DNA from: Gammaproteobacteria bacterium
Lineage (GTDB): Bacteria > Pseudomonadota > Gammaproteobacteria > VBWC01
DNA: 64,000 bases
Assembly (NCBI GenBank): GCA_006218035.1
Contig: VBWC01000010.1
Location: 203,572 to 267,571 of the forward strand
Reading direction: 5' to 3'
Each line of letters starts with the position of its first letter. Position 1 is the stretch's first letter. A program made the position numbers and the translations under genes. Below, in pieces: positions 37,872 to 47,691 of this stretch. The notes beneath the pieces were generated by a model. It was given only the letters and a program-made list of their open reading frames with translations. It was not told where the DNA came from and did not search any database.

Positions 37872-37967
37872 TCGGATTGGTGACCCGCCGCCCGGGGAAT
37901 CGCCAGGCGCGGTCCGATGTTATCCGTACAGCAAGTTGAATTACCTATCCGCAGGCGAGGACGTCAA

Positions 37968-40355
37968 ATGTATCAACTCAACGCCCAGCATCTCCGTGAA
38001 ATCGTTACTTCGATCGCGATACCACTTATCCTGGCCGCATGCGGCGGAGAGTCCTCGAAAGGTGACGTTTCCTCGTCCACATCAGGCGTAAGCATCGCCT
38101 ACGTCACCGTCAGCGGAAGCGTCGGCGACGGCCCGGTCACCGGGGCCCAGCTAACCATTTACGATGCCAACGGCAGACTTGTCACCTCGACTACCAGCGA
38201 CCAGATGGCCAACTATTCTGTAACCTTCGGTATTGACGCGAACTTCCCGCTGACAGTGATTTCGCGCGGTGGAGTTGATATGGTAACCGGCACTGAGCCA
38301 ACGTTCGATATGATATCCGTCATTCCGTCGCCAGTCGTCCGTGTTGCAAACGTCAACCCGTTTTCTACGCTGATTACCAAGATGGCCGCCGCCATGCCAA
38401 ACGGCGTCTCTGACGCTACTCTTAAACTCGCACGAGATATCATCTTTGATACCTTCAGTTTCGGCCTTGATCCGACGTCAATTGCGGATCCGGTTACCTC
38501 GGCGGTAACAGAGCGGAATGCGGCTTCCATGGTCAAGGCATCGGAAGTGCTGGCCGAGATGATTCGCCGCGTGCATGCCGTGCTTCACCCCCTGAACAAA
38601 TCCGCGACAGAAACCGAGGTTCTTAACACCCTGGCAGCCGACCTGACCGATGGCTATCTCGATGGCGAGGGAACCGCTGGATCAAATTCCCTGGCCGCCG
38701 CTGTTGCAAAAATTGTCGAGGCCGAGGTTCTCGTCGAAGCCTTGACTAATAATCTCAAGGTAAATGGCGCCTGGTCGACCGGCGCGCTGGATAACGCGCT
38801 CAATCTGATTATGCCGGGCAGCCTGTTAACCACATCGAATGTCGACATCTCGAATGCGATTCTCAGTCAGACCAGCACCGCGTTAACGGCAGTGAATTCC
38901 TTGATAGCGAGCGCGAATGTCGACGCAGTCCGGGCAGTCGTCACTGATGCGCTCGCTTCTGAATTGAGCTCTTTGGTAATGGGCATTAAGCCGGTGAAAC
39001 TTGAACTGCAACTAACTTACGACCTCTCGCCAGACTTCCAGAATGCGCTGAATATAGTAACGTCCGACACCACTTCCTCGAGCACGATCAACAGTACCGC
39101 GAAGGGTCAGAAGGCGAACTCGACGCCGAAGGTCAATCTGTTCAGCCGTGATTCTGCTGTCGAGCAAGGCTCGGCCACGATGCTCACCTGGGCAGCATCC
39201 AACTCCGCCGCGTGTACCGCTTCAGGCGGTTGGTCTGGCGTAAAGACCACCTCCGGCAACGAAGGAACCGCTACGATCGCGTCACGAACAGATTTTGTCC
39301 TGACATGTTTCGGCACCAATGGTAGAACCGCTGCTGCGTCCGTATCGGTTGACGTTATCGCGCCCCAGGCGCCGGTCAGCGGCGGTGGAACCGTCGATGC
39401 GACTCCGACTCTCGATGGCGGCTCCACTACTACACCAAGCAGCGGCGGAACCGTCGAGGTCATTCCGACACCGGATACGGGTACTGCTACAACTCCGAGC
39501 AGCGGTGGAACCGTCGAGGTCACTCCGATACCGGATACGGGCACTATTACCACGCCGAGCAACTTGATCATTCGCGTAAACGCTGGCGGCAGCGACTACA
39601 CGGACACCGCGGGAAATCTGTGGAAGGCCGATTATGGATACAACACCGGAAGCGCATTTTCAGTGGCTGATCCAGTGGCCGGAACAGGTGATGACGTGCT
39701 TTACCAGAGCGAGCGCTGGGATGACCCGACCGGTGACGAGCTGGAGTACACATTTACCGTACCGAACGGACACTATCTGGTGAACCTCCGTTTCATGGAT
39801 CAGGCATCGCGTATCGGCTGGCGCGTGTTTGATGTGCAGATCGAGGGCCGGATCGCGCTTGATAAGCTGGATATCTACGCTGAAGTCGGGCAGCTTGCCG
39901 CATTAACCAAGGGAATGGCGGTCGACGTGACGGACGGGCAGATGAATATCCGCTTCCTGCACGTGCTACAGAACCCGAAAATTGATGCCATAGAGATTAT
40001 TCAACTTGAGCAATTACCCACTACCACGACACAGACGGTAATCAGCCCGAATACCGGCATCGTGTCGGCCGCACCGATGAAGCTGTCCTGGAACTCCAAC
40101 CCTTCGCTGGACAACGTGGTGGGCTACAGCGTGTACTATGGAGGCGACGAAAATTCTGTTAGTATTCCGCTTGGCGATATTCGTACTGACTCCGTGGGGT
40201 TCTCCCCCGCAGCGCCATCTGTAACATACAACCCCGAAACGGATTTGGGTTTGCAGGCAGGTAATCGCGTCTGCTTCAAAATTCGCGCCTACAATGCCGA
40301 TGGCTTCTCAGGCTGGTCGACCCCGGTATGCAGCCTGATTGCACAGGCAATATAA
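37968..40355 (+). CDS. Large lipoprotein with a malectin-like carbohydrate-binding module and C-terminal Fn3-like domain
   Basis: Lipobox LAACGG; IRVNAGG..YTD..G..W.AD, LYQSERW, RVFDV.IEG, NPKI.AIEI (malectin); Thr/Pro/Gly repeats; ATG 37968 after GAGG. Confidence 0.8.
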   Translation: MYQLNAQHLREIVTSIAIPLILAACGGESSKGDVSSSTSGVSIAYVTVSGSVGDGPVTGAQLTIYDANGRLVTSTTSDQMANYSVTFGIDANFPLTVISRGGVDMVTGTEPTFDMISVIPSPVVRVANVNPFSTLITKMAAAMPNGVSDATLKLARDIIFDTFSFGLDPTSIADPVTSAVTERNAASMVKASEVLAEMIRRVHAVLHPLNKSATETEVLNTLAADLTDGYLDGEGTAGSNSLAAAVAKIVEAEVLVEALTNNLKVNGAWSTGALDNALNLIMPGSLLTTSNVDISNAILSQTSTALTAVNSLIASANVDAVRAVVTDALASELSSLVMGIKPVKLELQLTYDLSPDFQNALNIVTSDTTSSSTINSTAKGQKANSTPKVNLFSRDSAVEQGSATMLTWAASNSAACTASGGWSGVKTTSGNEGTATIASRTDFVLTCFGTNGRTAAASVSVDVIAPQAPVSGGGTVDATPTLDGGSTTTPSSGGTVEVIPTPDTGTATTPSSGGTVEVTPIPDTGTITTPSNLIIRVNAGGSDYTDTAGNLWKADYGYNTGSAFSVADPVAGTGDDVLYQSERWDDPTGDELEYTFTVPNGHYLVNLRFMDQASRIGWRVFDVQIEGRIALDKLDIYAEVGQLAALTKGMAVDVTDGQMNIRFLHVLQNPKIDAIEIIQLEQLPTTTTQTVISPNTGIVSAAPMKLSWNSNPSLDNVVGYSVYYGGDENSVSIPLGDIRTDSVGFSPAAPSVTYNPETDLGLQAGNRVCFKIRAYNADGFSGWSTPVCSLIAQAI
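39378..39560 (+). repeat. Three 60-bp in-frame tandem repeats (20-aa linker SSGGTVEVxPxPDTGTxTTP)
   Basis: GGAACCGTCGA recurs at 60-bp spacing. Confidence 0.85.
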
Positions 40356-40361
40356 GAGGGA

Positions 40362-41585
40362 TTGGAAGTGACTAACCGTCATCAACCCATTGAAATGAAA
40401 GCAACCAAGCAACCAACTTCGGTGATGCACATTATGACTCGACACTACCAATATATCCTGGCATTCGCGCTCCTGTTTACCACCAGTTTCCCGGCGGTTT
40501 CGTTCGCCGCCGCCCCTGTCGTCCCGGGTGGCCTGTGTATTGAAACGCCCGAAGGGATTCAGTGCGCGGTGGCCGCACCCGTCGTAGCGAACCCAACTAT
40601 CATCGCTCCAAAGACCGTGAATCCCCAAAATTTTCACCCGGGATATTACATGCTGGTAGGACCGAACGATGGAACATTTACCTTTGACAGAATCAAAGGT
40701 AACCCGGACTTTTTAGGGGTAAAAAAAGTATACACTTGGAAAAAACTCGAGCCTGCAGAAGGCCAATATGATTTTTCACAAATCGAAAGTGATCTAGCCT
40801 ACCTGCAGTCCATAGGCAAGCGCTTGTGGATCGAAATACGATGGACAACGTGGACCTCGGCTTACCCGCCTGAGAGCCCTTCATATATGTGGCGCAATTC
40901 AAAATACGGCTGCGATTCTGGGTACTACGGCAGCTATGCGCGCTCGGTGGCACTAGGCGGATGGCTGTTATGCTCATGGAACGCCAATGTACAGGCAAGG
41001 GTTGCCGCCCTATACAATGCATTGGGCAGCCGGTTCAACAGCGAGCCATATTTTGAGGGTCTTAACGTTGGAGAAACGTCGACCGGCTATCCCGGGGACA
41101 CTAACGCTGCGGTATGGGGTTATAGCGCGACGAACGAAGCGAATGCCTTTAAAGCTAACGCGCTTGCAGCGAAACGCGCATTTCCGAGCAAAACCGTCGT
41201 TCAGCAAATTAACTACGCTGCATTTGATCTCACGGCATTTGCCTCTTGGCTTGTCGCTAACGGCATAGGTCTTGGCACTCCCGACGTCTACACGAACAAG
41301 CCGACAAATTCCGTAGTTACTGTCATCTATCCACTCATGAAGGCATCTCAAGGCGCCGTGCCAATTGCGCCTGATGTACAGTGGAGCAATTATGTAGACA
41401 ATAGTACTGCGCTAGGTGATAGCAACGTGGCCGAAACTACTCTTAAAGGCGCGATAACCATGATAACTCCGCATTACTTGTTTTGGGAGAACAGAGAGCC
41501 TTTCCTTACTGACATGGTGGTCCCGTCAGTAAGGAACTACGGAATGCTTCCAGCCGCGAAAGCATTTTATAATTCTAATAAATAG
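40362..41585 (+). CDS. Secreted TIM-barrel glycoside hydrolase-like protein (clan GH-A-like)
   Basis: Signal peptide ending SFA-AAP; YTWKKLEPAEGQYDFS resembles GH42/GH35-type barrels; candidate catalytic Glu in NVGETS. Family not assignable; start uncertain. Confidence 0.6.
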   Translation: MEVTNRHQPIEMKATKQPTSVMHIMTRHYQYILAFALLFTTSFPAVSFAAAPVVPGGLCIETPEGIQCAVAAPVVANPTIIAPKTVNPQNFHPGYYMLVGPNDGTFTFDRIKGNPDFLGVKKVYTWKKLEPAEGQYDFSQIESDLAYLQSIGKRLWIEIRWTTWTSAYPPESPSYMWRNSKYGCDSGYYGSYARSVALGGWLLCSWNANVQARVAALYNALGSRFNSEPYFEGLNVGETSTGYPGDTNAAVWGYSATNEANAFKANALAAKRAFPSKTVVQQINYAAFDLTAFASWLVANGIGLGTPDVYTNKPTNSVVTVIYPLMKASQGAVPIAPDVQWSNYVDNSTALGDSNVAETTLKGAITMITPHYLFWENREPFLTDMVVPSVRNYGMLPAAKAFYNSNK

Positions 41586-41935
41586 GGATCAACTCGGAAA
41601 CGTGTGAATGATTTTCCGTAGTATTGGCCTGGTTCGAAGCTGTAGGATAGAGTTTTTCATGAGTCTGTATCCTTGCTGAATGGGAACGCTGATGAGGCGT
41701 GCGCGTGCCCAGATCATGCAAAAATCACCCTCACGATTACGCGAAGATCCATAAAAGAAGCCATCACCGACGTGAAGGCGTTGCGAGAGAAATTACAGCA
41801 ACCGTCACTGGTGGAGGATAAGACAGCATTGAAAATATATGCACTTGGTTATCAGCCAGAAGATTACGGCAAGCCGGAGATTACAGTAGTGCGGCTGGCT
41901 GGTCTTGCATAAGCAGCGCTCGGCGGAGACTAGAC

Positions 41936-42748
41936 ATGCAAACAACATCGCAATTGCGCGAACATTACGAGATAGAACGGCAGCTCGCTGACCGCCTTAG
42001 ATCAGCTTCTAAAGATGAACGAAAAACCCTGTACACATCGCTCTACGATGAGCTTTTCAAACGTGTGCCACATCACCCGCAACTGAGCAAACGAACCGAG
42101 AAAACAACAAAGGCGACACAGCGGCAGGCACGTTTCCTAGGAAAACTCTGCAAACAACGTAAGCCAGTATTTCTGGAAGTCGGGCCGGGTGATTGCGCTA
42201 TCTCCCTAGAAATGGCGAAGTATGACGCACAGGTTTACGCAGTTGATGTCTCCAATGAGATCACCAATCACATAGCGCCTCCGCGTAACTTTTCCCTGAT
42301 CCTGTCAGACGGGTGCAGCGTCGACGTACCGAAAGAGTCTGTTGATCTGGCGTTCTCGAATCAACTCATGGAACATCTGCATCCTGATGATGCTATCGCA
42401 CAATTACACAATATCTATTCTGCCCTGAAGCCTGGCGGTAAGTACTTCATCGTCACTCCGTCACGCTTTAGTGGCCCGCACGATGTCAGCCAACATTTCG
42501 ACGATGTGGCAACAGGGTTCCACCTGCATGAATACTCATTGGATGAACTGATGGAGGAATGTCGGAACGTTGGTTTCAGCAAGTTTACCACCTACATCGG
42601 CAAGGATGGATCCTATCTATCTGTTCCGATCTGGGTTGTACGATTCACAGAGAAAATAGCCGGCCATCTGCCGAAAAAATGGCGTAAGTTCTCGCCGCTT
42701 CGGCTTTTGCTTGGGATCAGGCTTATGGCGGAGCGTGGGATGTTATGA
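41936..42748 (+). CDS. Class I SAM-dependent methyltransferase
   Basis: FLEVGPG, AVDVS, SNQLMEHL, LKPGG. Confidence 0.9.
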   Translation: MQTTSQLREHYEIERQLADRLRSASKDERKTLYTSLYDELFKRVPHHPQLSKRTEKTTKATQRQARFLGKLCKQRKPVFLEVGPGDCAISLEMAKYDAQVYAVDVSNEITNHIAPPRNFSLILSDGCSVDVPKESVDLAFSNQLMEHLHPDDAIAQLHNIYSALKPGGKYFIVTPSRFSGPHDVSQHFDDVATGFHLHEYSLDELMEECRNVGFSKFTTYIGKDGSYLSVPIWVVRFTEKIAGHLPKKWRKFSPLRLLLGIRLMAERGML

Positions 42749-42791
42749 CTAAAAACTTCTGACCTCAGCTAACAATGGGAAGTTTACCATG

Positions 42792-43886
42792 TCATAATCT
42801 ATAGACCTCCAAAGTTTTCTTCGCGACCGTTTCCCAATTATACTTATCGCGCAACCACGCGCGAGTGGTTTCATGCGCAATATTTGATTGCTGAACGGAG
42901 GAAAATCGCTTTATAAGCTCCTCAAGTTCAGAAATATTCCCCAACGGAAAATAATTCTCTTTCGGCAACCCGATTTCCAGGTTAGCGGGAATATCGCTGG
43001 CGATCACGGGAACCCCATAACTTAACGCCTCCAGCATCGCAATAGGCAGCCCCTCATGCGACGAAGGAAGGACGAAAAGGCCGGCATGTGCGTAAAGTTC
43101 GCGTAGCGCCAGACCGCTCTGATAGCCAGTGAGTACAATGCCCGGAACCTTGTTCGCTTCGGCGCGCATTGTTCTTGAATATTCGTCCGGGTGATCCGCG
43201 TCGCCCACCAATACAAGCTTCCATTCAGGAAGGCTGGCTTTGCTGAACGCGCGCATCAGATCCAGATGCCTTTTCTCCGGAACGAAACGACTTACCAGGA
43301 GGACATATCGCCGCCTTTCGATACCATATTTATCCAGGGCGTTCGTAGTCTCGGGAATCTCGGGCAAATCAACACCGTTGGGAATGACGACCGAGTCAAC
43401 GCCGTGTTGCTCTTTTACAAGCCCTCTGATGACCTCGGAAATCGCGATACGCTGATTGGCATAACGCATTCCCCATTTCTCACCCAGACGCAATAACCAA
43501 CGCGCGAAGCGACCCCACTTTTCGCGATCATAATCCGGGCCATGATGCGTCACGACCACTCGCAGCCCCAGCAATCTGGCCAATGGCGTCATGATTGCCG
43601 GCCCTATCGCATGCATATGCAGAACATCCGGTCGGGCAACCGCCGCGTAAAGCACTCCCAGAAAGGTGTGAACAAAGGCCTCGATACCGTTTATACGCGG
43701 CGCCCACAATATTATAAACCTGACCCCGCTCCATTCCCGTGTTTCACGGGGCATGTAAGGTGACCGGACGATCACATCAACCTCGCAACCCAGACGGACC
43801 AACAACGGATATAGATGTTCCGCATGTTTTTCGACGCCGCCCTGTACATCCGGAAATCCGCGCAGTCCCAGCGCCATTACCCTCAC
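42792..43886 (-). CDS. Glycosyltransferase family 4
   Basis: LRGFP..GGVE, PSSHEGLPIAMLEA. Confidence 0.93.
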   Translation of the reverse strand: MRVMALGLRGFPDVQGGVEKHAEHLYPLLVRLGCEVDVIVRSPYMPRETREWSGVRFIILWAPRINGIEAFVHTFLGVLYAAVARPDVLHMHAIGPAIMTPLARLLGLRVVVTHHGPDYDREKWGRFARWLLRLGEKWGMRYANQRIAISEVIRGLVKEQHGVDSVVIPNGVDLPEIPETTNALDKYGIERRRYVLLVSRFVPEKRHLDLMRAFSKASLPEWKLVLVGDADHPDEYSRTMRAEANKVPGIVLTGYQSGLALRELYAHAGLFVLPSSHEGLPIAMLEALSYGVPVIASDIPANLEIGLPKENYFPLGNISELEELIKRFSSVQQSNIAHETTRAWLRDKYNWETVAKKTLEVYRL

Positions 43887-45118
43887 GACCGCGCACCCGC
43901 GACGCCCAGCTCACGATATATCTCCAGCATGCGGCCCAGGTAATGTTTCTCGCTAAACTCTCTCTCCATCCATGATCGTCCATAGCGGCCCATATCCGAT
44001 ATTTGCGTGTCTTTGTATGCTGAAAACTCGGCCAGGACCGCGGCCAGCCCCTCTACAGACCCGGATTCAAAAGTCGCCCCGGACTTCCCCTCATGAATCA
44101 ACTCAGGAATTCCGCCGATGGAGGCGCCGATTACGGGCTTGCCCAACGCGTAACCTTCCATGACAGTTAACGGCGCATTTTCATATAGCTCTGAAGGCAA
44201 AACCACAGCTCTTGATAAACGCACAACCTCATGCAACGCATCACCTCTTAAGTACCCAAGAAAATCAACTTTCGCTTTCATATTTTCGGCAAGCTTACGC
44301 AACGCGGCTTCTTCTGGTCCAACCCCTACGATCTGCAACGCTGCCCCAGCAATAGCCGCCGCCTTAATTAGCGTTGCGACACCTTTTTCGGAATTTAATC
44401 TACCGAAGTATACAAATGTCTTTCCTGGCCGATACTCGGGGGAAAAAGAATGAGTATCTATAAAATTGGGTATGTATTTAAAGCGACTGCGGTCCCATCC
44501 CCACTCAACCATTTTTTCTAGATGGAATCGGCTTGGTACCACAAATCGGTCAACGTATTTCGAATAGCTTCCCAACAACGAATGTAAAATGGTTTCAATC
44601 GCTACCAGAGTACTAAGCGCATAAGACTGCTTGACACATCGATGAACGACGACATTGTAAACCCTGCCGCCCTTACATCGTTCACAGATACCATCATGGG
44701 TAAGCATCTTGTAGGCTGGACAGGCCAGCTTCAAATCATGAAGCGTCAATACCACCGGAACACCATTTCTCTTCAAAAGACCAAGTATGGAAGGAGAAAT
44801 ATGATGGTAGATGTTATGCAGATGGCAGATATCCGGCCTGGCCCGGGTTAACAACCGCGAGAGGTTACGCCGGGCCTCCAGAGAATATATTGTCTTCGGA
44901 ACACGCCGGAGCTTGCCCAGAATATTGTATTGCTCCCCATATTCAATTTCGTCTACGAAATACTCTGACCAGGGCGTTTCGATATTCTTTGGATGATGCA
45001 TGGCAAACGGAATTACCTGCCATCCGCTATGCTCGAACAGCTTGTTATGCTCGAGAAATACCACCTCTGCTCCGCCACGGGGATAATAATAGTTGTTAAC
45101 AGACAGCAATATGGGCAT
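43883..45118 (-). CDS. Glycosyltransferase family 4
   Basis: PSELYENAPLTVMEG; CxxC insert; paralog of 19207-20502. Confidence 0.93.
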   Translation of the reverse strand: MPILLSVNNYYYPRGGAEVVFLEHNKLFEHSGWQVIPFAMHHPKNIETPWSEYFVDEIEYGEQYNILGKLRRVPKTIYSLEARRNLSRLLTRARPDICHLHNIYHHISPSILGLLKRNGVPVVLTLHDLKLACPAYKMLTHDGICERCKGGRVYNVVVHRCVKQSYALSTLVAIETILHSLLGSYSKYVDRFVVPSRFHLEKMVEWGWDRSRFKYIPNFIDTHSFSPEYRPGKTFVYFGRLNSEKGVATLIKAAAIAGAALQIVGVGPEEAALRKLAENMKAKVDFLGYLRGDALHEVVRLSRAVVLPSELYENAPLTVMEGYALGKPVIGASIGGIPELIHEGKSGATFESGSVEGLAAVLAEFSAYKDTQISDMGRYGRSWMEREFSEKHYLGRMLEIYRELGVAGARS

Positions 45119-45156
45119 TAATCTTGTCCTTCTAACCTTTTTCGCAGGTACACCAG

Positions 45157-46503
45157 CTAACTATGCAAGGTTGTTCTTACAGGGTTATATTGCGCCCACC
45201 GACGTTCCGCGGAGATATATCCCGATATATACGCGAACAGGAAGACCAATACATTCGCGTAAAACAGATTCAAATACGGCACGGTAAGCAGCACGATAAC
45301 CAACACGCCGAACCAACCGGCTGCCAATACGCCTAGTGTATTTTTTTCTTTCCCGATCTTATAGGTGTCATACATTAGAATTATCAGAAATGTAAACAAA
45401 ATAATTATGCCACCGACGCCGACTTCCCATAGTAAAAAGCTAGACAACGTTTCGCTGCTGATTTTTCCGATGCGGCCAGAATACGTGCCCGAGAATACGT
45501 TAATAATCGACGGCGATGCATTACCCACCCCTAAACCCACCCATAACCTCAGCGGGTTATCCGACAGATTTTTTAAAGGCAGCAACAGCTTTTCTACTCG
45601 CCCCCCTCCTTCATCCGGCGTAATCAGCTCCTCTGGCAGCTGCAATCCGCTTCCTATCCTGTTTTTCTCCAGCAAATTTTCCCGGGTTGCGTCCGACTCA
45701 CTGTATAAATAGCTATCTGCCTCCTTATCAACGAATTCACTGATTCCTCTCGCCCCCCACATACTACCCGCATAGTCGTAAATGACCACAAAGCCAGTGG
45801 TTAACAAAGCCCCCAACACAGGAATAACCACTAATTGCGCCATCGATAGACGATTTGAGGCAACAATATAGGGAACCACGATCGCCAGCGGTAACAACAG
45901 CAATGTTACTTTGGTTTCATTAATCGTCGTTGGCAAGAATAGTGCTAACGTTAATAGCAACATCTGCGGAAATCGAAGGCGGCCTCTGACATAAAAGGCT
46001 ATCACTACCGCAATCACCGAAAGTAAGAAAATTGAAAGCACCCCGGACGCGCTTTCTCCGAGCGTTCCCGTCACAAAGTCTCCGGTCGCGGCGTCCCTGT
46101 ATTGAACAAATCTTTGAAAAAACGCCAGTGGCGATTGCATTAATCCCAAAATCAATATGAGCTTGATCTGCCCGCTGATTTCCTGTTCAGAAAATCGGTA
46201 CACTGCAGGCAGTAAAAAAAGCGGTATCCATTTTAGGTAAGGCCGCAATCCGGTGACAATCGTGCCGGGATCTACTGTATTTAAAATCATCCCCGATACC
46301 GCGTGCAGCACTGCCAGCACCCCTAACACCAGATATTTCGGACTCAAGCATAGAGAACGATATGTCGCTATCCTCGCCAGAATTACCACGAGGACAATAC
46401 CTGACAGAATCTCCGGAACCAGATTAAAGGCGCGGTGAATGCCTGATGCGAGATACGATGAAAAAAATACCGCGAGAATTATCGAATATACTAATTTGTT
46501 CAT
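45157..46503 (-). CDS. Polytopic membrane protein, probable Wzy polymerase / O-antigen ligase-like
   Basis: About 10-12 hydrophobic segments and a large loop ending in GLGVGN, among glycosyltransferases. Confidence 0.6.
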   Translation of the reverse strand: MNKLVYSIILAVFFSSYLASGIHRAFNLVPEILSGIVLVVILARIATYRSLCLSPKYLVLGVLAVLHAVSGMILNTVDPGTIVTGLRPYLKWIPLFLLPAVYRFSEQEISGQIKLILILGLMQSPLAFFQRFVQYRDAATGDFVTGTLGESASGVLSIFLLSVIAVVIAFYVRGRLRFPQMLLLTLALFLPTTINETKVTLLLLPLAIVVPYIVASNRLSMAQLVVIPVLGALLTTGFVVIYDYAGSMWGARGISEFVDKEADSYLYSESDATRENLLEKNRIGSGLQLPEELITPDEGGGRVEKLLLPLKNLSDNPLRLWVGLGVGNASPSIINVFSGTYSGRIGKISSETLSSFLLWEVGVGGIIILFTFLIILMYDTYKIGKEKNTLGVLAAGWFGVLVIVLLTVPYLNLFYANVLVFLFAYISGYISAERRWAQYNPVRTTLHS

Positions 46504-46512
46504 CTCAACACG

Positions 46513-47691
46513 TCACGACAGTTCCCGACGATATCTGCCGCCAAGATAATCGGCGAAGTGACGTCCCTGGATTGTCCAGTCGTACGTGTCCCGCATAAAA
46601 TCACGCGCCGCTCTCGCCGCGTCGGTAAGCTGACCCCGATGATCGAACGCATATTCGATGGCTACTCGAATATCACTGGCCTCGTATCCCGTCGTCCACA
46701 CTACAAAATCCTGCCCGTCGGCGACATCCTTATGGGCTGGAATCGGGGTCAGAATAACAGGCTTCTCACATGCCATATATTCAAACACCTTAAGCGGGCT
46801 TGAAACGTTCCACTCGAGCAGATCCGGTAGCGGACAAATACAACAATCGGCCTGTGCGATTCTATTTGGAATATCTTCATACGGAACGTACCCGGCAAGC
46901 GTGACGCTATCGGTGACTCCGTGCCGACGAACGATATCCTGCAGCGCGATCTTTCCTGAATCCGGCCCGACAATCACAAACCGTATATGGCCTCGATAAG
47001 CCGGCGACAGCAGCGACATCGCTTCAATGACCTTATCTATTCCACGAGTTCCATAAATACTTCCGTGGTAAAAAACGGTGAATAGTTTTCTGCTTATTCC
47101 ACGATCCGGCGCTTCCACAGGTCGGAAGACGCTCATATTCACACTGGACTGCCAGATGACATAATCCTCGAATACGGCACGAAACTCCTGTTCTATTGCG
47201 GATTTCAATCGTTCAGTGATAAACGAATAGCTCGACGCGTATTTTCGCAATTTTCCGATCGTAAAAGTCCAAAACACCCAATGGTCTACCTTGCCTTTGA
47301 AAGAGCTTAGCGCTCTCAACGGCAGTGTCCGCACATCGAGATGCAGTTTATGGAAGCCGCGTCTCTTTAGGCTGGGGGCAATAAGCAACGATTCCGGTTT
47401 TAATATAATAATATCGTCTCTGCCGGCATTCCTAAGTACCCATGAGAGCATCCTGATCAATAACGCTATACGAAAGATAAACGGAATGTCCCATACCCGC
47501 AGCGATACAACATCCAGATTTTCATTCTCGTATGGCGCATTTTCATAGCCTGTGACAAGCGTAACGTCGAACCCATGCGCCTGAAGTACCTTCGACATTT
47601 CAATCCACGGACTTTTATTGGGCTTGGTATCGAAGCGATCTGCGTCCAACCATATGACTCTCCGATTATTAGTTTTTCCCACGCGCATCAT
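46513..47691 (-). CDS. Glycosyltransferase family 4
   Basis: YHGSI..RG, SPLKVFEYMAC.KPVI. Confidence 0.9.
   Translation of the reverse strand: MMRVGKTNNRRVIWLDADRFDTKPNKSPWIEMSKVLQAHGFDVTLVTGYENAPYENENLDVVSLRVWDIPFIFRIALLIRMLSWVLRNAGRDDIIILKPESLLIAPSLKRRGFHKLHLDVRTLPLRALSSFKGKVDHWVFWTFTIGKLRKYASSYSFITERLKSAIEQEFRAVFEDYVIWQSSVNMSVFRPVEAPDRGISRKLFTVFYHGSIYGTRGIDKVIEAMSLLSPAYRGHIRFVIVGPDSGKIALQDIVRRHGVTDSVTLAGYVPYEDIPNRIAQADCCICPLPDLLEWNVSSPLKVFEYMACEKPVILTPIPAHKDVADGQDFVVWTTGYEASDIRVAIEYAFDHRGQLTDAARAARDFMRDTYDWTIQGRHFADYLGGRYRRELS

Noticed and set aside
35946..41585. PEP-CTERM sorting signals on the secreted proteins
   Set aside because: None ends in VPEP-TM-basic tail, and no exosortase gene is in the window.
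41673..41912. 79-aa ORF before the methyltransferase
   Set aside because: TTG start without RBS and no recognisable motif; it might be a gene remnant but cannot be supported.
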